DNA from: Bacteroidales bacterium
GTDB taxonomy: Bacteria > Bacteroidota > Bacteroidia > Bacteroidales > VadinHA17
Direction of reading: 5' to 3'
Assembly (NCBI GenBank): GCA_029974835.1
Contig: JARKQN010000102.1
Span: 7,058 to 71,057, forward strand
Length of the DNA: 64,000 nt
The position numbers and the translations under genes were made by a program. Below the pieces are notes generated by a model. The model had not been told where the DNA came from, ran no database searches, and saw nothing but the letters and a program-made list of their open reading frames with translations. Positions 50,600-58,944 of this stretch are shown in pieces (position 1 is the stretch's first letter; the number at the start of each line of letters is the position of its first letter).

Positions 50600-50761
50600 T
50601 CATTCACAGAGGAAAAACTCCTCCTTTCCGGCAGAACAGACCGGACACAGGTAGCCTTCAGGAAGATCGCTGAAAGGTGTCCCCGGCTCAATACCCGATA
50701 CAGGATCACCTGCTGCCGGATCATAAATATATCCGCAGATACTGCATTTATACTTCTCCAT
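50600..50761 (-). CDS. Rubredoxin (53 aa; absent from the ORF track)
   Basis: Manual translation: [53 protein letters not shown]. Two CxxC knuckles with canonical spacing. Confidence 0.93.
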   Translation of the reverse strand: MEKYKCSICGYIYDPAAGDPVSGIEPGTPFSDLPEGYLCPVCSAGKEEFFLCE

Positions 50762-50788
50762 AAAAAATCCGTTTTATTTCGTAATCCG

Positions 50789-51196
50789 TTATTTCTGTGG
50801 TTCGCACAGTTCAATCAGGACACCACCGGTTGATCCGGGATGCAGGAATGCAATGTTAAGACCATCGGCGCCCTTTCTTGGACGGGTGTCAATAAGGTTT
50901 ATCCCCGAAGCTGCAGCATCAACAAGCCTCTCAGCGATATCATCCACAGCAAAGGCGATATGGTGTATCCCCTCCCCTTTCCTTGAAAGGAAACGGCCGA
51001 CAGGTCCTTCGGGATCAGTACTTGCAAGAAGTTCTATCTTTGTCTGCCCCACCATAAAAAAAGCAGTCTTAACCTTCTGGTCTTCCACTTCTTCAATTTT
51101 ATAACATTCTGTTCCGAGAAGGTTGGTGTAAAACTCAATCGCTTTATCAAGATTCTCCACAGCAATTCCGATATGTTCAATATAAGCTGTTTTCAT
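50789..51196 (-). CDS. mce: Methylmalonyl-CoA epimerase
   Basis: IEHIGIAV, KIELL, GEGIHHIAF and FLHPGSTGGVLIEL. Confidence 0.93.
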   Translation of the reverse strand: MKTAYIEHIGIAVENLDKAIEFYTNLLGTECYKIEEVEDQKVKTAFFMVGQTKIELLASTDPEGPVGRFLSRKGEGIHHIAFAVDDIAERLVDAAASGINLIDTRPRKGADGLNIAFLHPGSTGGVLIELCEPQK

Positions 51197-51347
51197 ATAA
51201 ATTTATAATTATGTTATTCAGAGACATTTAGAATGAATTTTTCTTTTACGGCCTTCCCTGCCGGCACTGCCGCATCGGTCACTGTTCACCGAAGGTGACT
51301 TCCGGCCGGTGAAGCATCCTGCCAGGCTACCGCGATTAATCCTTATT

Positions 51348-52907
51348 TCAGAAAGGAAAATCTTCATGTTTAAGCTGGGTCTGTACATTTTCCGGCTTTC
51401 TGGCCGCCGTATGAACCGGGTTGCCGTTCACAAAGATAGCCTTATATGGTGTAACGGGGCATGCATATTCGCAATGTCCGCAACCTATGCATATATCATC
51501 TGTAGTTTCCGGTATTGTGAGGTTTCCCTTAAACGGAATCATGTGGACGGCTTTTGTAGGACAGCTTTCGGCGCATGCCCCGCACGCCGTACCTTCGGTC
51601 TCAACAATACAGTTGTCACGTATAAAAACCGCCTTCCCTATCTGTGTGAGCTTTTTCGCCTCCGGGAGAAGAGGCATCAGCGCGCCGGCAGGGCAGATCT
51701 CAAGACATCTGATACACTCGTATGCGCAGAACCCTCTGTGGTAATCCATATATGGCTGCATTATACCCGTTATACCGTATTGTTTGAAGGAAGGTACCAG
51801 TACATTATTAGGGCATGCGGAGACACAAAGTGAACATGCCGTGCAACGCGAAGTGAAGTTTGAAATCCCAACCGAGCCCGGGGGAGAAACAAAAGAGGTC
51901 CTTGGTTCTTTTACTGTTGAAGCTTTGACAGGAACAGGCACCCTGACACTTTTATCCTGGTTCTGCAAAACAGGCAAACCCAGTAAAAATGCGGCAGATC
52001 CTGCCATAAATGCCCTTCTTTCAGGATCAAACTGAGTTTCTTTCTTCCTGAGACTTCCAATTCCGAAATTCATTGCATTGTCGGGGCATTTTTCAACACA
52101 ATTGAAGCAGACGACACATCTCGAAAAATCAATTTCCTTATTAAGAAAATCGATACACGAAGATTTACAGGCAACGGCGCACCTTCCGCATTTCGTGCAC
52201 TTCTGCCCGTCAATCCTGATTCTGAAAACTAAAACCTTCGAAAGAAGCCCGAGCAGTGTACCTACGGGACATATCATATTACAGTAAAGCCTTCCTTTAA
52301 TCAGCGATAAAAAGCCAACCAGAAGCAGAAACAATGCCGGTATAACATATACCATCAGGCGGAATGGCGGTATCCGGATGTCTGCCAGTGCGTAGGAGTC
52401 GAAAAGGTGAAAAGCTGAAGCCATCAGATTGTTTATCCACAGAACCACAGGCTTTGCAAAAAGAGTCACTGACCTTCCGAAGATGCTGTAAGGATCAAGG
52501 ATGTTAAGCAGAAAAATGCCGCCCGTCAGAGTTACCGCAAGCGTAAGAGCCAGAATAAAGTACCTGACAACAGTATGTGGTTTCTTATACCCGTATCTGC
52601 GGAATCTCTTTTTAATAATACCCCCGACCCTGCCCGAAATATCCTGTAATATGCCGAGAGGGCATATAAAAGAACAATAGGTACGTCCGGTGAGTAAAGT
52701 CAGTATCAGGACTGCCATAAATCCGAGTGCTGCAGCCTCCCCGGCGTCGATAAACTTTACGGCAGAAGGAACAAACTGAAGCCAAAGTACCAGGTTGAAT
52801 AAACTTTCCGGAATAATGTGCCTGATATCTGTAAAGAGAAGGCCGGTCAGAACCAGGAAAATAGCGGCAATAATTACCCGAAATCTTTTCAGTCTCTTGT
52901 AATTCAT
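51348..52907 (-). CDS. Membrane polyferredoxin (NapH-like TM/CxxxCP module fused to a NapG/NapF-like multi-[4Fe-4S] domain)
   Basis: TM helices, YCSFICPLG, YCNMICPVG and six ferredoxin-type Cys clusters. Confidence 0.88.
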   Translation of the reverse strand: MNYKRLKRFRVIIAAIFLVLTGLLFTDIRHIIPESLFNLVLWLQFVPSAVKFIDAGEAAALGFMAVLILTLLTGRTYCSFICPLGILQDISGRVGGIIKKRFRRYGYKKPHTVVRYFILALTLAVTLTGGIFLLNILDPYSIFGRSVTLFAKPVVLWINNLMASAFHLFDSYALADIRIPPFRLMVYVIPALFLLLVGFLSLIKGRLYCNMICPVGTLLGLLSKVLVFRIRIDGQKCTKCGRCAVACKSSCIDFLNKEIDFSRCVVCFNCVEKCPDNAMNFGIGSLRKKETQFDPERRAFMAGSAAFLLGLPVLQNQDKSVRVPVPVKASTVKEPRTSFVSPPGSVGISNFTSRCTACSLCVSACPNNVLVPSFKQYGITGIMQPYMDYHRGFCAYECIRCLEICPAGALMPLLPEAKKLTQIGKAVFIRDNCIVETEGTACGACAESCPTKAVHMIPFKGNLTIPETTDDICIGCGHCEYACPVTPYKAIFVNGNPVHTAARKPENVQTQLKHEDFPF

Positions 52908-52913
52908 TGAATA

Positions 52914-53834
52914 TTATAATTTTATCCTTCTGATATTCAATGAATCAAGGTTCATATTGCCGATTCCCATCGAATGTGCCAGTTTAATATAATCAATACC
53001 TGAAGGGTCGAGCTTCAGCATCCTGGCAGCGGCTGCATCGCCTGCCACCCAGTCGGTTGTAATAATCTGCGACATAAGATTTGCGACATCCTCTTTTGAA
53101 ACACCCTGGGGGCCGTTTTTGGTCATAACATTATAGCAGTCGATAACATTAAGCGCAGGTTTACGGTGGAAGAGTGCATAATCGGCAATGCACTGATGGA
53201 GGTTATTGCGATGCCAGAAGCCTCTGTCCCATACAACACCCATCATGTTTTTCAGGCAGCAGGTCATGCGGGTTGAGTCATGATCCTTGAGCACCGGAAC
53301 ATTGATAAAGACGTCGGTTTCGAGCAGAACAGAGTGGACCCTGGCATTCTTTAAAACCTTTGCCCCCTGTATGCTTATTTCCTGATAATAGCTTTCACTG
53401 TTGGCCGGGACAACCCTGGCGCCTGCATCTTTTGCGGCTCTCTCGATGCCGGAATTTTTATAGCAGCTCGTCCAGTTGTCGCAGGTGTGATCAAACACAT
53501 AGACTTCCTTAGCCCCCGCCCTGAAACAATGCTCAATAATTCTTTTTACCAGTGCCGGGTTTGTACAGGCCGCATATTCGGGTGTTCTGTCCCATCCTAT
53601 ATTGGGTTTGACAAGAACCTTCTGTCCCTTGCGTACAAAAAGACCCATTCCGCCAAGTTCCTGTATGCCAAGATCAAACATAGCTTCGGGTTTGCCACCC
53701 ATCAGAGCTATCATGTCATAGGCAGGTGCCTCAGGATGAGTCTTCATTATGTTTCCATAACCGCCAAACCCAAAAGCAGCACCCGCGGCAATTCCCGCTC
53801 CGGCTGATTTCCTGACAAAATCTCTTCTTTTCAT
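52914..53834 (-). CDS. Tat-exported DUF362 domain protein
   Basis: MKRRDFV twin-arginine signal, VLVKPN, TNP, INVPVLKDH, LKNMMG and D.VAGD. Confidence 0.85.
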   Translation of the reverse strand: MKRRDFVRKSAGAGIAAGAAFGFGGYGNIMKTHPEAPAYDMIALMGGKPEAMFDLGIQELGGMGLFVRKGQKVLVKPNIGWDRTPEYAACTNPALVKRIIEHCFRAGAKEVYVFDHTCDNWTSCYKNSGIERAAKDAGARVVPANSESYYQEISIQGAKVLKNARVHSVLLETDVFINVPVLKDHDSTRMTCCLKNMMGVVWDRGFWHRNNLHQCIADYALFHRKPALNVIDCYNVMTKNGPQGVSKEDVANLMSQIITTDWVAGDAAAARMLKLDPSGIDYIKLAHSMGIGNMNLDSLNIRRIKL

Positions 53835-53915
53835 AACATCAATAACCAGATGCCGAAATTAATCTTTTCCCCTGCAACCACAAAGGGTCATATTATGTAT
53901 ATTTTCCGGATCAGG

Positions 53916-53937
53916 CTTTTTAACATATTTTAAAAAG
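53916..53937. promoter_or_regulatory. Inverted repeat CTTTTTAA-N6-TTAAAAAG, possible operator in the divergent DUF362/larC promoter region
   Basis: Perfect 8-bp arms at 53916-53923 and 53930-53937. AT-rich, so a chance occurrence is possible. Confidence 0.35.
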
Positions 53938-53989
53938 GCAAATATTAACTTTACGGCGCAATAATTGTTTAATAAATAATAACCGGTAG

Positions 53990-55177
53990 ATGAGAATACT
54001 CTATTACGATTGTTTCTCCGGGATCAGCGGAGATATGAACCTGGGGGCCCTTACAGATCTCGGCGTGGATCCTGATTTTCTCAGGAGTGAACTTAAGAAA
54101 CTGAACCTGGAAGGCTGGAAGCTTGAAACTGAGAAGGCTCAGAGGCATGGTATTTCAGGAACAAAAGTGACAGTTAAGCTTACCAGAAAAGAGCATTCGC
54201 ACCGTCACCTGTCAGAAATCAATAAAATCATTGATAGTTCTCAACTGGATGAAAAAACCAAACAGCTCAGCAAACGAATCTTCAGAAGGATTGCCGAAGC
54301 TGAAGGCAAAGTACATGGCATACCTGCCGAAAAAGTTCATTTTCATGAAGTTGGAGCGGTCGACTCAATAATCGACATTACCGGTGCAGCAATCTGCCTT
54401 AATGCACTCAATATAGACGAGGTTCATGTTTCCGCGATTGAGCTTGGCGGAGGAATGGTTAAATGTGACCATGGACTTCTGCCTGTTCCTGCTCCGGCCA
54501 CGGCTGAAATACTGAAGGGTATACCCGTAAGAAAAGACGGCGTTGATTTTGAGGCAACGACTCCCACCGGCGCAGCTATAATTGCAGAGACGGCCGGCAG
54601 GTTCAATGAGTCCGTTCCCCTAAAGATACTTAAAACAGGATATGGGGTTGGGCATAAAGATCACCCGGCTGTTCCAAACCTGTTAAGGGTTTTTCTGTGC
54701 GAGCCTGCCGGCAATCAGGAAACAGGGCACGAGGCTGTTCTGCTCGAGTGCAATATAGATGACATGAATCCGGAATTCTATGAGTATATAACCGGCCGAC
54801 TATTCGAAGCCGGTGCATCAGACGTTTACCTCACATCAGTAATGATGAAGAAAGGAAGGCCGGGTACGGTTCTTAGTGTCATAGCCGAAAAAGGCCTTGC
54901 AGGCGTACTTACCGGAATTCTGTTCACTGAATCAACGACTCTCGGAATAAGAAGCTTCCCCTTTATGAAGGAGACCTTATCGAGAGAATTTCACGAGTAT
55001 GAAACACCTTTCGGGAAAGTAAAATTCAAACACTCGTTTTACAGGGGGAAAGAAGTATCAGTGAAGCCCGAAAGTGAGGATTGCAAAAGAATTGCAGGGG
55101 AAACCGGCCGGCCTCTGCGGGAAATATATAATATCCTTCTGGAAACCGTAAGGAGTAAAAAAGTAAAAAATGAATGA
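53990..55177 (+). CDS. larC: NPN cofactor nickel insertase LarC (single fused ORF)
   Basis: YYDCFSGISGDMNLGAL, HSHRH, VHFHEVGAVDSIIDI, HGLLPVPAPAT, TPTGAAI, NIDDMNPE, MKKGRPG, ESTTLGIR and KPESED. Confidence 0.95.
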   Translation: MRILYYDCFSGISGDMNLGALTDLGVDPDFLRSELKKLNLEGWKLETEKAQRHGISGTKVTVKLTRKEHSHRHLSEINKIIDSSQLDEKTKQLSKRIFRRIAEAEGKVHGIPAEKVHFHEVGAVDSIIDITGAAICLNALNIDEVHVSAIELGGGMVKCDHGLLPVPAPATAEILKGIPVRKDGVDFEATTPTGAAIIAETAGRFNESVPLKILKTGYGVGHKDHPAVPNLLRVFLCEPAGNQETGHEAVLLECNIDDMNPEFYEYITGRLFEAGASDVYLTSVMMKKGRPGTVLSVIAEKGLAGVLTGILFTESTTLGIRSFPFMKETLSREFHEYETPFGKVKFKHSFYRGKEVSVKPESEDCKRIAGETGRPLREIYNILLETVRSKKVKNE

Positions 55178-55961
55178 AAGAAAATTAACCAGCCTCGATT
55201 CTGCCCTTTTTCAGCTAAATCCGGTTGTGATAGCCTACTCAGGAGGAGTTGACAGCTCATTTCTTGTACACCGCGCATCTTTAGTTAAAGGGCTGAAATC
55301 GGCCGCCGTGACAATCAAAACACCCTATGTACCGGATCGTGAACTCAACGATGCTGTGGATTTCTGTAAAATATACGGTATTGAGCATCATATTGTTCAT
55401 ATTGAATTCCCGGAAGCTGTAAGAAACAATCCGCCCGAAAGGTGCTACCTTTGCAAGAAATTTCTTTTCAGCAGGTTAAAGGAGTTTGCAGCCATGAACG
55501 GCTATGCTTATATCGCCGACGGATCAAACGCAGATGATCTTAAAAGCTACAGGCCAGGACTGAAGGCTCTTGCCGAGCTTGGCATAAGCAGTCCTCTTGC
55601 AGAATCCGGACTTACCAAGGAGGAGATCAGGAAAGCATCAAAGGATGCCGGCCTGCCTACATGGGATAATCCTTCCATGGCCTGTCTGCTTACAAGGCTT
55701 CCATATAATGTAACCATAACCGAAAAAGAGCTTAAAATGGTGGAGGAGGCTGAAGACTTCCTGTTCGAAAACGGATTATATGGCACCAGGGTAAGGATGC
55801 ATGGCAGCATAGCCCGCCTGGAATGCATGCCAGGTTATATGGAAAAATTCATTTCGGGCCCCGGCCGTGAATTTATTATTAAAAAACTGAAGGATATCGG
55901 GTTCAGGTATATAACTTTGGATCTTGAAGGTTACAGGTCGGGAAGCATGGATCAGACCTGA
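55170..55961 (+). CDS. larE: NPN sulfur insertase LarE
   Basis: PP-loop YSGGVDS, RCYLCK, DGSNADD...RPG, SPLAE and SMACLLTR. Confidence 0.94.
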   Translation: MNERKLTSLDSALFQLNPVVIAYSGGVDSSFLVHRASLVKGLKSAAVTIKTPYVPDRELNDAVDFCKIYGIEHHIVHIEFPEAVRNNPPERCYLCKKFLFSRLKEFAAMNGYAYIADGSNADDLKSYRPGLKALAELGISSPLAESGLTKEEIRKASKDAGLPTWDNPSMACLLTRLPYNVTITEKELKMVEEAEDFLFENGLYGTRVRMHGSIARLECMPGYMEKFISGPGREFIIKKLKDIGFRYITLDLEGYRSGSMDQT

Positions 55962-55991
55962 AAACAAAATAAATATAAAACCTCTTTCAGG

Positions 55992-56741
55992 ATGACTGCA
56001 AAGGAAATTGAAAAACTGCTTTCAGAAGTTAAGTCGGGCACAAAAAGTGTTGAAGAAGCTCTGGAAATACTTAAGTATTTTCCGTATTCCGACCTTGGTT
56101 TTGCACGACTCGACCATCACCGTGAGACTCGCACCGGTTACCCTGAGATTGTATACTGCGCTGGTAAAACCGTAGAGCAGGTGAAAGAGATTTTCAGAGT
56201 ACTTGCACGTGCCGAGCACAATGTTTTCGGGACAAGGGCTTCGGAAGAGATGTACAATGCCGTCAGGGAGGTAATCCCCCCGGCTGTCTACTATCCTGTG
56301 GCGCGAATAATAAGCGTAAGGAAAAAGGAACCGGAGAAGCCTGATACTTCAATAGCAGTTATTACCGCCGGAACATCCGACATCCCTGTGGCTGAAGAGG
56401 CAGCAGTAACGGCTGAACTGCTTGGCAATGATGTTGTGCGCATCTACGATGCCGGGGTTGCAGGCATTCACAGGCTAGTAGATAAGCTGCCCGAAATAAA
56501 GAAGTGCAGGGTGGTAATAGTTATAGCAGGGATGGAGGGTGCCCTCGCAAGCGTAGTGGGCGGACTTGTCGATAAACCTGTGATAGCCGTTCCGACAAGC
56601 GTAGGTTACGGTGCCAACTTCGGGGGTATATCAGCCTTGCTTGCCATGCTCACCAGCTGCGCTGCCGGAGTAAGTGTGGTAAACATAGATAACGGTTTCG
56701 GAGCCGGTTTCTCAGCCAGCATGATCAACAAGATCAGATGA
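55992..56741 (+). CDS. larB: NPN carboxylase/hydrolase LarB
   Basis: ARLDHHR, PEIVYCAGKT, AGTSDIPVAEEA, DAGVAGIHRL, AGMEGAL, PTSVGYG, LTSC and VNIDNGFGA. Confidence 0.96.
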   Translation: MTAKEIEKLLSEVKSGTKSVEEALEILKYFPYSDLGFARLDHHRETRTGYPEIVYCAGKTVEQVKEIFRVLARAEHNVFGTRASEEMYNAVREVIPPAVYYPVARIISVRKKEPEKPDTSIAVITAGTSDIPVAEEAAVTAELLGNDVVRIYDAGVAGIHRLVDKLPEIKKCRVVIVIAGMEGALASVVGGLVDKPVIAVPTSVGYGANFGGISALLAMLTSCAAGVSVVNIDNGFGAGFSASMINKIR

Positions 56742-57379
56742 ATTTTCCCCTGCTCCTTTCAACAGCATATTTCCCGCCCGTGCATTATCTGGCTCTGGCT
56801 GCCGCCGGCAGGGATACAGTTTTTATTGAAAGCCGGGAGAATTACATCAAGCAGACATACCGTAACAGGTGCTATATTCTTACATCAAACGGAGTCATTC
56901 CACTTACCGTTCCGGTTCTGCAGGGCAGTTTCCATAAAACGCCGGTCAGGGATATAAAAATAGATTATTCAAAGAGATGGCAGCAGGTACATTCAAGGGC
57001 TATTATTTCGGCTTACAGATCATCACCTTATTTTGAATTTTACATCGATGATATTGACGGGATAATAAACTCAAAAACGACATTCCTTCTCGACCTTAAC
57101 CTGATGACATTAAGATTGCTTACCGAATCGGCCGGTCTTGCTGTGCAATATTCTTTTACCACGGATTTCAAGGCCGTAGAAGATAAAGATCAGGACCTGA
57201 GGTACGCTTTGTCGCCGAAGAACAGCAAAATCAACAGTGAAATGTTTTCTTTCAAACCCTATATCCAGGTTTTTTCGGACCGTTACGGATTTATTCCGGG
57301 GTTAAGCTCTCTTGATCTGATATTTAACACCGGGCCGGAAGCGGTTAAATACCTTCCCGATCTGATGTCGGACCGTTAA
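56738..57379 (+). CDS. WbqC-like family protein
   Basis: LLSTAYFPP, YIKQTYRNRC, AYRSSPYFEFY, YIQVF and LSSLDLIFNTGPEA. ATGA overlap with the larB stop. Confidence 0.88.
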   Translation: MNFPLLLSTAYFPPVHYLALAAAGRDTVFIESRENYIKQTYRNRCYILTSNGVIPLTVPVLQGSFHKTPVRDIKIDYSKRWQQVHSRAIISAYRSSPYFEFYIDDIDGIINSKTTFLLDLNLMTLRLLTESAGLAVQYSFTTDFKAVEDKDQDLRYALSPKNSKINSEMFSFKPYIQVFSDRYGFIPGLSSLDLIFNTGPEAVKYLPDLMSDR

Positions 57380-57387
57380 ATTTCTTT

Positions 57388-58866
57388 TCAGAACTTAAAC
57401 CCGAGAGTTGCGGTAAAACTGTTCCGTGTAAACGTAACAGTGGCCGGTTTCAGATAGGGTTCATCGTCGTACATCAGGTATTGAAGGCTATTCGAGATAT
57501 TTGCAAAACCGAGGTCAAAATACATATTCTGCTGTCTGAATCCCAGTCCGAATGATATTGCATTATAGCTAAGGTCCTCGTTAATCTCTCCGCCTTTGAA
57601 CGCGCTTCCGTAGAGGCCGTAACCACCCCTGAAGTAGAATGTATTCAGTCTGAATTCCCCTCCCAGCCTGAGCACCGAGGCGGTTTTAAGTGCATTCCGG
57701 ATAGACTGGTTCTCATTATAATAATTATAGTCATCACTTGCCTTGCTGAAACGGGCTGTTGCATAATCGCTTATTTCATAATCTGCGCTTACTATCGCAA
57801 GCTTGCCGATTTGTACCGATGCACCCACCATTGCCCTGAAAGGAGTCGTGAGTGTATATGAATACCTCTTCGGTTCATTATTATTGTTATAGGTTAAGTT
57901 GTCGTCAAATTCGGAGGAAATCTGATCATAAAAATATTCCCGGATCCTGTAAACCGTTGGTGTATGAAATGCAGCGCCAATGCGAAGAATCTCCATCGGT
58001 CTTACAATGAAGCCCATTTTCAGGTTATAGCCCGTTCCGGAGGCTTCAAAATGATCGGTGTATACAAAATTTCTGAAATCGGGAATTACATTGTCATAGT
58101 CTGCCTCAAGGTGTTCGTAATGCCCTGTATATTTCAGCCGGTTTATTCCCAGGGTGGCCCCGAAGAAATATTTATCCGAAATGTTTGCGCCAATCGAGAA
58201 TGCATGTTCTCCTGAATAACCTTCATTGCTGATCACCCTTCTGATTGTCTGGCCATATACGGGGTCATTATCGCCGTAATTGGAGAACACTGTTCCGTAA
58301 CTTGCCCCACCGGAACCCGTTATTGTGTCGATAACCCACACATCGTATGCAATTCCTGCCGATCCTCTAAGGTTTTTGTAATAAGTCCCTTCCGAAGACA
58401 AGGCCCAGTAATCGGCCATGGAACTTATGTCACTTATTCCCGTGATGTTAATGTTTTCGTTGAAATTATTTGTCCTGTTCCATGAATATGCAAAATTAAG
58501 AGCTGTAAGACCTTCAGAACCCTGGTTAGAGATGAGATTTGACACCACGCCTGCCTGGTTAATTCCAAAGTGATATTTGAAATCTGTTGAGTTGGTTGCA
58601 TTAAAAACTGTACTTGTATTGTTGTAAAGCAGTCCGGGTGTGAATGCCATTTCGAACGATCTGAACATGCCTGTTCCGGCGGGGTTAAGGCTTATTGCAG
58701 ATAAGTCTGCCCCCAGTGAGGTAAAGGCACCGCCCATGGCCATAAAGCGAGCCGTACCGTAATTAAAAGTACGGGAGTATCTGAGTGCGTCATCGAGGTT
58801 CTGCGATGAGAGTGAGATTGTCAGCAGTGACAATGCTGTTATTGTGGTCAGAATTTGCTTTTTCAT
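57388..58866 (-). CDS. OmpP1/FadL-family outer-membrane beta-barrel
   Basis: DALRYS...GTARFMAMGGAFTSLGADLSAISLNPAG hatch motif and a C-terminal LGFKF. Confidence 0.88.
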   Translation of the reverse strand: MKKQILTTITALSLLTISLSSQNLDDALRYSRTFNYGTARFMAMGGAFTSLGADLSAISLNPAGTGMFRSFEMAFTPGLLYNNTSTVFNATNSTDFKYHFGINQAGVVSNLISNQGSEGLTALNFAYSWNRTNNFNENINITGISDISSMADYWALSSEGTYYKNLRGSAGIAYDVWVIDTITGSGGASYGTVFSNYGDNDPVYGQTIRRVISNEGYSGEHAFSIGANISDKYFFGATLGINRLKYTGHYEHLEADYDNVIPDFRNFVYTDHFEASGTGYNLKMGFIVRPMEILRIGAAFHTPTVYRIREYFYDQISSEFDDNLTYNNNNEPKRYSYTLTTPFRAMVGASVQIGKLAIVSADYEISDYATARFSKASDDYNYYNENQSIRNALKTASVLRLGGEFRLNTFYFRGGYGLYGSAFKGGEINEDLSYNAISFGLGFRQQNMYFDLGFANISNSLQYLMYDDEPYLKPATVTFTRNSFTATLGFKF

Positions 58867-58944
58867 TTTTTTTATTTTTATATAGTTATCCCTTTCATTC
58901 CTAACGGAATGACACTTTAGGAGTCTGTTTTAATGAACATCCTG

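Noticed and set aside
51309-51833. 174-aa plus-strand ORF
   Set aside because: Antisense to the polyferredoxin gene; it has no start context or motifs.
53990-55177. Programmed frameshift in larC, as in split larC1/larC2 of lactobacilli
   Set aside because: Both halves are in one continuous ORF here.
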